The translations under genes and the position numbers were made by a program. Of a DNA stretch of 64,000 bases, positions 27,301-37,800 are shown piece after piece. Position 1 is the first letter of the stretch. Each line of letters starts with the position of its first letter. The DNA comes from Magallana gigas (Eukaryota). The stretch spans positions 43,710,001 to 43,774,000 of the forward strand of contig NC_088854.1 of NCBI RefSeq assembly GCF_963853765.1. Direction: 5' to 3'. Below the pieces are notes generated by a model. That model saw only the letters and a program-made list of their open reading frames with translations, was not told where the DNA came from and made no database searches.

Positions 27301-28509
27301 TGTATATTCCATTATGTGAGTACTTAATTCCGCAATCCTGCTGGTTTGTATCAAATCGCGAGAATATAAAACCATGATGTGGAATTTTTCTCCTTATTTC
27401 TTATAGTTATCAACTCTCAGAAAATTTGGCGAGATTTTAAAATCCACAAAGAATGCTTCTTCAAATTTTACATGGATATTAATTCCTCGCGTTTAATTAG
27501 GAATCTACAGTATGTTTATATTTATATTGCAAACTGTTTATCTTATGGCAAATTGTTTATCTTATTGCACAATGTTTTCATATACTGTAAATCTTTGTTA
27601 TGGTATATTCATCTGTGTACCTTTCTGACATGTACATGTGTATCAAAATATATTGGTATGAGGTTATTCCTTTTCTTTTTCAATTGAAGTAAAATGTATA
27701 AATAAGAATTAAATATATTGTAAAGGATTACATACGAAGGGAGACAATTCAACTCAGGACTTTTACACTGTACCTTGATAAAGATAAACATAGACTTTTT
27801 CTATAGACCCTGGTTTCACAATGCCAGAACTTGGTCGAACTTTGTATTTCTCTGGTGATGTTGTCTTTACCTAGAAATAAAAAGGTATGGTATATGCACT
27901 TAAATAGCAGCACAAAGACAAATTTTGTCCTATTCAAAGAAAAAATTGCATCCATACATGTATGTATTCAAAACTAGTTAGACATGTGTACTTTGTATGC
28001 AATGGGATATGGCAGCGTGTTCTTAAGGGAAATGACATCATGAGCGTCTTTGCCATCTTCATCTGTGACAAACCTTAGTTCCTCTGCAGGACTACAAAAC
28101 CAAAATATTTCAGTATAATGATTATTTGTACATGTACTTATTTGTATAGTTTGTAAGTTAATCTCTATTAAATTCAAACTGTAACTTCATGTGAACATTG
28201 AAATAAACAAAAACAAACACATGCAACATTCAACATCTCTCCACAAAATATCTGAGTAACAGGGGCACTGACCTAATGGTAAGAAGTCTGCCGATGAACG
28301 AGTTTCCCTCTTGATTTCCCCCTCCAGGACCTGCGTTCCTGTTTATGTTACTCAGGGAACTCTTATTCTGAAATTGAACTTGCTCATTGTAATACGAGTT
28401 ATCAATATCGTAACACACAGCTTGTCTTCCTAATTATACTGTCTGTTTTTCCAATTCCAGGTCAAAGGACCTAAATTGTTTCGCTCATTTTAATCCAAAT
28501 GAAATTTAA

Positions 28510-28560
<51 letters not shown>

Positions 28561-31500
28561 GTACTCACCACTCTGACATAACTGTTCTCTATGGAATCTG
28601 CATTGAAGCTTTGATACAAAGGTGAATCCTGGTCAGCAAATGTTACCTAAACAGACAAAAACTTAAAAATGAACTACTCTTCTAGGTATTCTCTGTGAAT
28701 GTATAGTTTAAACAATAAAAAGTTCAATCCTTCTCCAAGCCATGAAGGTGCATAGGGCTGGTGCTTATACACGGTTTCCGTGGTGCTAAGCAGATGAGAG
28801 CCTTTGATTCCCCCTGGATGGGACACAAATGCACTGCAGGTTAACTCCAAGCATAAGCCTAACCTAATGTCAGCTATGTGGACTGAGACAATGTAGATAA
28901 AAGGCACGACACACAACATCAATTCACTACAGCAGGGCTTGAACCAGCTTCCTTAGGGTTCCTGGCCAAACACCTACATGACCACTCCTAACACCTCTGA
29001 CCACTGAACCATGTGCTCCACAAAATGTATGGTTTACAAATTCTGAAATTCCTTTGCATTTTATGTGGTTTCAATCATATAGAATCCATCAAATATAAAA
29101 CATATGAGTGTATACAGGTAGAAGCATGCCTACTTACCCTTTTCTTTGATGCATCACTATTTTGATTGTCCTCATTTTCTCTCTCTTCTGAAGGTACATA
29201 TTTGTATTCATATGTATCCTGAAAAAGAAATGTTTCAAGTTACAATCACAATTACATGGACCTGAAAGCTACTGTGAAGTCTTATGAATAGTACACACTT
29301 TTTCGGCCAAAGAAATTAGATCAAAGGGGGGGAGGGTGCCTATACATAATTATACATAAAACAAAATTTTATCCCATTTTTTCATTGCATGTTTCTGGAA
29401 ACTGCTGGAGTAAAATTTCTATTCAAAAGGACTATATATGATATGGACCTAAAATGGCCCCCTAAAATGAATATCATCATTTTACTGTGATTCTTTGTTT
29501 TTCTTTGTACAGATATTATATACATGTATGTGATGTTTTTACTTAATGTGCATTTTGATTCAAGTGCCCACAATTTATAAATATTACATTGTAAAGACAA
29601 CCTTTTCCCGCCTTTTTAGCATAAAACAGCTTGTTTTAAAGCAGTTTTTCTTTCAGAAAACATACAGCGCATGCTTGAACTGACAAAAAAATTTAATCAG
29701 AGATATATCTAGCCAAGACTAATAAGTGACAAAAATTTTTTCCTTGTTCAAGCATGCGCTCTCTGTTTCGCATTCGTAAAGAGATGAGAAAAATTATTGA
29801 CTGATTTTGATTGAATTATAGTAATAGCGTCCCTTCTGACGTCATAAACTGCAAGTAAATCAAATAAATAGGTGAAAAATATATTTTATATCAACTCTTC
29901 TAAAAAATAACATAACATTTTATTGTACCCAAAACACTTTAAAAAATGGCGAATTATATATGTGAATTATATAGTTCTTTCAAAGACTTTACGATAATTG
30001 TTATTAATTTAAAAAAAAATAACTATTGTTTATATGTCTATATTGCTTGAATGCAAGCTTTGTGTGACTTACAGTGCCCCCCATATGCTCTGGTAGGTTC
30101 TCCTTGGCTATGTACAGCTGTATATCACTCTTATTCACAAATTTCAGCTTCTTCTGGGCCTCGGGACTTAACCAGGTTTTCACAACTTTCCATGCAGCTA
30201 TCATATTGAGAAAAAAAATCAATTATATCATTCTGATCTTTCATAAAGAGTGCAAAACAAATTAAGAAAAGAAGATGTCAGTTATTTAATTTGAAATATA
30301 GGATTAATTATCACATGAAAACAAAATTACATGTAACAAAAATTAACATATACAAATATGTTTTTGGTTGATAAATTGATTTCTTTTAATCTACTGTGGA
30401 ATCATTTTTATCAGTGGGGGTCAATGTTTGTGGGTATAGCCAAAATTTCCTGGTTCGTAGTGATGTAATTTTGTTGGTAGTGTAATCAGGAATTTTAATA
30501 AATATTGGACAAATCATTGTATATAGGTTGGTGGGAACATTGGTTCCCCACAAGTATGATGATTCCACAGTGAATATTTTTTAAAATATTTTCGCAACAT
30601 CAAATAAAATAAAATATCTACCGTTAAACAACCATGGCATTTCATAGATCAGAAGGTATCCTAAAACAGAGTGAATATAAAATATCAAATTCAGATTTCT
30701 TCACCAAAAGTTTTTTCAATGGATCGTGAGAATTCCTTTGAGCCTTAAATATATTTACAAATATCAATAATTCTACGAAAATTCACTTCAATATTCTGTG
30801 ATTATGCCTGCAAATAATCCAGATTTTTGTATCATAAATGTAAATTGATGATCTAGAGATGATCTAAAAATTTCCAATGGAAAGAAATGAAGAAATATGC
30901 TTCTAAATCTTGAGATTTTATCTCAAAATCAAAATTGATTGAATAGTTACATCAATTGTTTGTTTTGATTATGCATGTACATACATTTGATAAGGTAATT
31001 TTAAAAGAAGTACAACATTTAAAAGAATTGGAACACTTTTTAAGACATAGCAATAAGTTAAGGAAGGACAATTAAGACACATAGTGATGACACATTTCTC
31101 TGGAATTTGAAACGCTGATTTACTTACCAAGTAAAGCAGGATAATAAATTTTGAAGGAAGTAATGACAAATTTGATCATTTCCATGTCCTACAACAGGAA
31201 GAAAATCAATGATTGTATGATATCATTGATATGATTGCCATTGATTTATTCAATTAAAAAGCAGAAACCCTGCACTCTTCAGACATTAGTCTGTTTGGAG
31301 TTACAATTTCACATCCTAGTGATTATAAGAATTAATGGATAATTAGTACTTCCTGTTCCTCATATAAACAAAGATAATGCAAACCAGGAACACAAAAATT
31401 GTATAAATAAGGAAAATGCATTTGATTTGTTCAACATTATACAAATTAACATGGATCTGTAGAGGTCATACTAATTACCAGATTTGAAATTCCTGTGTTT

Positions 31501-33845
31501 GTCATATCAAACAGCAGCACTAGTTCATCCTCTGGACTTTCATTGTATGCAGTCTCAAAACAAAAGCCGAAGAACTTCTTTATCAATGGAAGTGTATTAG
31601 GGTCTTTTTTGTGTTTTGCTATTTTTAGCCATACTGTAAACATACATGCATTGTGTCATGCAGAGTATCAAAAGACAAAAAAGATAATTAAGAAAAATGT
31701 GCTTTTGTCAAGAATCCATAAATCATAATAAATATAAAATAATCATATGCAAATATTGAATAACGATTTTGGAGTCTTACTAATTTTCCGCCCTTCTTTA
31801 TCTGTTTTATGAAAATACATGGCACCTATATCCCAGAACTCTTGTGGAAATGATGCCTCTGTCAAGTCTATATGTAAGAATTCAAGAATTTGTTGACTTA
31901 ATTGAACCATGAATTAAAAAGAACATTTGTCGATCAGTACATACAACACAAGAAGATAAAAACTATCATACAAATATGGACAATTCCAATAACTTGGGCA
32001 GATAATTTATCTCTGAAGAGTTTTATAAACCATGGTCTATAATACTCTCCTTGGACTATAATGGACAAAAGTCTGTACCAAGTTATTGTTTCAGTCACTT
32101 TTTGGGAATTTTTAATGAAAATTAACATACGTACATGTCAATTAAGTACAATTAAAATCAATAAAAGGGGAAGAATTCAAGATTTGTTCATTGATACTTC
32201 TTCTGCTTTTACCCAGATAAACACACAGGAATGCATGAAAAACCAATTTCTTTCGGAGATTCATAAAGGGAAATGTTTACATCTTTTCTCTATTCAAAAG
32301 TACTCGAGAAAACTCACACAAATTTTTAACATTAGCATCCTATTAATTTTCATCTCCATTGCAATGCAAAATTCCCATAGCCTTTTTATATTTGGATATT
32401 ATTAAAATCTAATCGAGGCAATGGAGAGGGTGTTTCAAACCAGTAAATCTGGACTTTTTGCGTTTTACTGAATGCAGTTAGGGCACAAAGGTAATTTTTC
32501 ATTATTGAAATATAGTCCAAAAAGTGCGCAGAAACTTAGGACAGAGTATAGTATTTGAGAGGTTGATATATATACGTATTATTTCGTTTTGCAGAAATCA
32601 TTGGCTATATAATCAAATATTCCAATGAGTTTGAGAGAAAATTTTTGGTAGAATCCTGACTTTGTAAAAGGCAAAGAACGGTACTCACCCCTGACACCTA
32701 TTTCTTTTCTCCATTTCAAAGCTTCATGCAGCCTGTCAGCTGCATCCTGAATTGTTTCTGTTTTCCGTATGAATTGACTGACATATAAATCATTTGAATT
32801 AATGTTGTCCACATCTCTCTGGTCATAAACACCTTTCTTCACAAATTCATCAGCTGCAAGGGGATAAAGCATATATCAGTATTATGTTCATATTATTTAA
32901 AGCTGCTTGGTCCAATTTTATATCAAATTTAATGTAAGCTTTAAAACAATGTTTAGCTTAGTATATGTGTATAATAGGCACTGCAGTAATTTTCCTGGTC
33001 AAATTACACAATACATGTACTTCAATGGGAAAATGATAAACAAAATTTGTTTACAAAACAAACTTTACATTAGAGGGTACTGTGTTATTTTGCCCCTTAA
33101 AAGATTTGCTACTGACGTCCAGGCAGGATAAAATAAAGAAAGCATTTGAAGTTTTAAAAAAATGATTGTCAAATCAAAAATAAACATGTGGCTGTGAACA
33201 TTTTTTCCACTAATATCTTTCCAAGGGTTGTTTTGTTTAAAATTGATGCATAGTATGCAGGTTGAATAAACCCTATCAATCAGGGGATGAATTTATTACA
33301 GAAATCAAACAAATATTCCCTTTTCTAAACACTCCCCTGAATTGTCATGATGCATTTTATTGTGTTCTCATACTGAAATTATTTTCATTTATTTTGAATA
33401 TTTCCATCTTTGAAAGGAGACGGATATTGCTGGTGTAAATGCCAGTTGGCGAAAGCCAGAACTTTCTAAGATAAATCAAACAGTTTTTTAAAAATTGATG
33501 GCATAAAAAATTAGTACATTTTCAATTTTTTCCTCTTAGCTTTAAAACTAGAGAGTTTGACAAAGTACCCTTTGCATTCATTCAAATCATACTTTAATTG
33601 TTCAAGAAACAATGGTCATTTGTTTGCACGTGTGACTGTTGTGTCAACGATACCTTTGTACTTTTGATTGTAAACATTCCTCAATTTATCTGCTCGTGTT
33701 CTGGGACTCTGTCAAAATACAATACAACATTAAGTACATCGTTTCTTTATAGACACGATTATCTCACAATAGTTTACTTAAACAATAACAATGGGTTTTA
33801 AAAGAAAATAACGGTTCATACATCATCACCGTCCCCTTCCGCCAT
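24365..33845 (-). CDS. MOSPD2: Motile sperm domain-containing protein 2 (CRAL-TRIO + MSP + C-terminal TM), ~530 aa
   Basis: 16 exons: 33845-33822, 33708-33654, 32853-32689, 31867-31781, 31633-31479, 31188-31128, 30660-30622, 30197-30073, 29218-29138, 28646-28569, 28367-28273, 28091-27992, 27870-27774, 27228-27105, 26553-26454, 24571-24365. Total 1593 nt, all GT-AG and in phase. CRAL-TRIO motifs: ALKWRKE, LLFDMTNTGISNLDM, YEMPWLFNAAWKVVKTWL. MSP motifs: ISPAEEL, AYKVKTTSPEKYKVRPSSG, DKFLIMA, FW/YWK-like EYWKTVP. Hydrophobic tail: LLILLQVLTLVLFIVFILYTYL. Confidence 0.93.
28512..28558. repeat. (TC)n microsatellite in a MOSPD2 intron, about 10 nt from a donor site
   Basis: Pure CT run. Confidence 0.98.
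28710..29021 (-). mobile_element. tRNA-derived SINE in MOSPD2 intron 9
   Basis: On the minus strand: A box TGGTTCAGTGG (29011-29001), B box GGTTCAAGCC (28945-28936), then a SINE-like body (TTGTCTCAGTCCAC...CCCATCCAGGGGG...GGAAACCG...ATAAGCACCAGCCC) and a T-rich tail. Confidence 0.7.
29426..29980. mobile_element. Non-autonomous TIR element (~555 bp) with internal 15-bp inverted repeat
   Basis: Ends AAAGGACTATATA / TATATAGTTCTTT (12/13 match). Perfect internal IR AGCGCATGCTTGAAC (29666-29680) / GTTCAAGCATGCGCT (29746-29760). Confidence 0.6.
30394..30570. mobile_element. 177-bp MITE with perfect 12-bp TIR (Tc1/mariner/pogo-like)
   Basis: TA|CTGTGGAATCAT ... ATGATTCCACAG|TG. Confidence 0.75.
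32071..32546. mobile_element. TA-flanked MITE, copy 2 (same family as 15768-16224)
   Basis: Shared blocks GTCTGT(A/C)CCAAGTTATTG, CAATTTCTT(T/A)CGGAGATT, GGGAAATG(T/C)TTACATCTTT, GCACAAAGGTA and GGACAGAG|TA. Confidence 0.75.
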
Positions 33846-33930
33846 CGTATCGTCGTCTGTTGACCGTTGTGTTCCGTTCTCTGCACCCAAACAATGTGCG
33901 AATGTCGATCCCGATGTAAAATAAAAGTTA

Positions 33931-34091
33931 AAGAGGGTGGATCTAGTGGGGGGGGGGGGATCAGGTGAGGAAGGGGATCTGGAGCCCTGCTACCGGGAAA
34001 TTTAGGTAGTTATACCAAAATAGGCTCCTGGCAATCATAAAATTTGGTTATCATTCGGACCCCCTGCAAATTTTTTCTTGATCCGCACATG
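33931..34091. mobile_element. Degenerate GCGGATC-type MITE remnant
   Basis: Ends AGAGGGTGGATCTAG ... CTTGATCCGCACATG are imperfect inverted repeats with a poly-G tract inside. No TSD recognised. Confidence 0.4.
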
Positions 34092-34278
34092 TCCAAAAAA
34101 TGATGTTATAATATTCTTATTGAAAAAAAAATGCCTAAGATATGCATGTTTAAATGAACTTTTAGCTTTAATGAAGAAGTGGTTATTTCACCAAAGTGTG
34201 TATAAAAAAGGTAATGTTATCATATGTAAACTACATCGATTAAATAATCTTGATTTTATATATGTATATCTATCAAAA

Positions 34279-34307
34279 TCTCTCTCTCTCCCTATCTCTC
34301 TCTCTCC

Positions 34308-34358
<51 letters not shown>
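34279..34358. repeat. Imperfect (TC)n microsatellite
   Basis: TC run with two CCTA interruptions. Confidence 0.97.
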
Positions 34359-34361
<3 letters not shown>

Positions 34362-34831
34362 CAAAAATATCATGAAGTATGAATGGACCGTTCTGTTGAA
34401 TGATCAATTAATTATTAAAGACAGAATTAGTTTTAATTGTCTTTGGTTTTAACATGAAAGTGAAACTGCTGGTTTTTATAACAGCAACGCATCAGTTCGA
34501 AGGTTAAAATTGTCAAGCGATCATTGGTTTCTTTCATGCATGCATGTCTGCCTATCCTGCTACATATGACCAAGTCGGTCTTCCGCCGGTCTTATCGGCG
34601 GTACTCGATTTCGTGTGGGTGGGTAGACGTAGACCTCCAAGAGAAAAAAAAACTGCCTTTAAAATCTTAAGCAAACAAATAAAACGTGTGGACTATCATA
34701 AATCCGGCGCAGAATGAACAAATTGACATAATTTATCATAGACCGACCACACCCCCACCGCCGAAGGTCAGTCAATACACCGCTCACTCTCACTAGTACA
34801 ACAGTGTTGGAGCGAGAGGAGGGGAGGAAGG

Positions 34832-37800
34832 ATGGGTGACTCTGAAGGTAAGTGACCATGGGGGAGGTATGCTTCGATTAATATGTAAATATTCCCTCAA
34901 AGATCAAGTGGAGTCAGATCATATCGATTTTTTTAGAACCCAAATAATACTTCGTTGGCCTCAACGTAAAAGCCGAGACAGAACTTAGTGTTGATAAGTG
35001 ATGGCATGGGGAGAATGGATGAATGGATGGTTCAGACTTTCCCACGGGCGACCGATGACAGTTATTAACGAACAAATTATCACTGCTACTAAACGAGATG
35101 GACAATGAAAGCGTTAACTTCTAACTTGCAGTTAAATCCATTTTTATGTGTTTACAATGAAATGACTTGGTTTTATTCTCAATGTTTTTATTTCAGTTCA
35201 TAAATAATGAGGACACATTTTACTACATGTAACGTCCACCAGTATTACACCCCTTAGGTTATGAGGTGTCATTTGTTTCTTGATTAAATGTGCGGTATAG
35301 TAAGATACACTCATTGCCTACATTCGTTAGAATTCCCAACCCTGTACATATTTTCATTACACAGCCCTATGTATAACTTATTGTTTTCAAAGTGCACAGC
35401 CACTGATGTTTGGTCACTTTAAGAACTTCTTTACTTCACTTTACAATTATCTGTAATTTTTTTCCAACAAGTTGAAATGTTTGGGCATAAAAAATAATAC
35501 TATTTATTCACCTGTTCGTCTAAAATAACTAAACACACAGTTTGTTAGGCTTGTACATTATGTTAGCTGGTTCAATTGACAGATCGTTGGTGTTTCTTTA
35601 TTAGACATCCATGTATGCAAGGTCCATGCTAGCGGCGTACCTCTGAAGATTTTTCTACTCTTGCATGTCGCTGCATTTGCCATCTGTCGAGTGCAACAGC
35701 TACAATTACACTGTTAACATCTGCGAAACTCTAAGAGATCAAAGACACAACAAAATTAGGCAAATAAAAATAAAAATTAAATAAAAAACTAACTTTTAAT
35801 AGCTAATTTTCCTCTTCTTGTCGGTGTCCCCATAGAACGAACTGAAGTTGAAACCAAAATACAGATTTTCAACTTTCTAGAATCACTCACTTCTAATAAG
35901 AATGTTCAATTAAAAGTCATCATGCCATTTGATGCAATATTTTCAACTTTGATTCACTTTTGTGAATTCTCCTGTAGAGGTTGTGATGATGGCGGCGAAG
36001 CGTGACGGGCGTTCGGTGATGCGGCTGGAGAGGATGTTCCGAAGTGAAATAGACGACAAATTACTACTTCACGTGGCCGGGGGCCCCCACAAAGGAATAC
36101 TTATCGCCAAAGCAGTGGACAGTAAGTTTGACACACCAACGAAACAAATAGTACTGTAGATAGTTATACTAATTGACGAATAAGTGTACTGTCCATTGCA
36201 AGAAGATAACAGGGATTTTAAGAGATGTGAACGAGTTAGAATGACATGTAGGGATTATCGAAATTGACTCATGTCAAAAGTTTTGATTGATATATAACTT
36301 TTGACACCAATACATGTGATTATATGAAATCTCCTTTGTTGATTGTTGTGACTATATATGAAAGAAAATGGTGACCTATAATTTTGTTACCATGAACGTA
36401 AATAAAAAAAATATTTTTGACCCCAGTCTTAATTTGTAGTTTATGATTTGTGAATATGTTCTGTGTTTATGGTAAATATGACAGAATACATGTACAATTA
36501 TCGAAAGTTACAATCAATCAGTTACACGTAATTGCACCAAATTCAGCCTACATTTGAACTCAAATATACAAGGCAAATCTATTTTTATATTTGAAATTAC
36601 TTTCCCTATTAAGATAAAAACAAAATTTATCAATGCGTTTGTAGTTTATGCTGCAACATTTGATTTTTTTGGCAGTCTCGTATTAAAGTTCTGGAAAGTC
36701 GTTGAAATAGCTGAAAGTGATATTCTCGATCAAGACTATAATGATTGTTCTTTATATCAAATGCACTGATTATAGTATTAGTTTCATTTCATTTTACATC
36801 AACTGTTTTTGACAGTCTCGTATTTCCAGATCTGAAAGACGTGGAACCGGCCGAGGGACGCCTAGAATTTCTTGCCTACCTTGTCAACGAAGAACAACAC
36901 AATCAATCTGTGCAGGTAAAATATCTCCGCAAACAAGTTCCCCAAACTACTTCAAACACACTGACTCAATTTTTTATCGTGTCACGCCTACCCAAAATGC
37001 CTACCCGCATTCAGTGCGCTTTTTCATTTTTTCTTTCGATATCTGTTGATATGCTTTCAATTTATTTTACCTGCATTTACCTTCTGAGTGACACGTGAAT
37101 GGTTCCGTTGACAGGATTACTGGACCCTGCGGTTTTGGTTTCGGGGACAGGCTGAGGGGGTGGTGAAAAAGAAGACGTTCACGGATTACTTCCAGGAACT
37201 CATGAACCCATCGAGTTTTCCAAAGAGTATGCAAATCTAATATGTGATCCCCCGACATTTGGAGTCAGAAAGAAAAACAAAGCCCTTTGAATTAAAGTAC
37301 ATGTATTGCCTCCTTGATATATAAAAATTTTAATATAGCTTTCACGTGCTGTGTGTGCATTGGTTTGAAAAAATAATATACATGCATATGAGTACCACAC
37401 TCGGTATAGTCATAGGAAAGGAACATGTAAAATGCAAAATCGTTACACTTATTGTTACAAACTCATCATACAGATATTACAAATAACGGTTGAAGTGGTT
37501 GATATAACCCAACCCCAACAACTCCCCCTTAAGTCCGCTCATCTTTGCAATAAGCAAGTTTTACTCTAGTGTTTAACGCAATAAAATACAATCATAATGT
37601 GTGTGCTATATTTCTGATAATTCACATGAATGCAATATGAAGTACAAACGTAGTTCGGTAATAAAGTGCTTTCTATATAAACGTTATGTTTAATTTGCTT
37701 TCAGATTACATTGGATTCATCAAGAAAGCCCTGGTGCTCCTCAAGGTGTACCACGTCATCAAGAGGGTCGAGCTCGAGGTTCAAGAGACAGAAGACCCGT

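Larger units (their letters stand above)
33848..34831. promoter_or_regulatory. Putative bidirectional promoter between MOSPD2 and the PNP-domain gene
   Basis: Divergent start codons at 33845 (-) and 34832 (+), under 1 kb apart. Locally GC- and CpG-richer patches at 33820-33910 and 34560-34850. TSSs cannot be seen from sequence. Confidence 0.55.

Noticed and set aside
34078-34452. 124-aa ORF in the bidirectional region
   Set aside because: Held open by the (TC)n microsatellite (SLSLSL).
35055-35107. TATKRDGQ in intron 1 resembles exon 2 MAAKRDGR of the PNP-domain gene
   Set aside because: Four-residue match followed by a stop and no donor; indistinguishable from chance.
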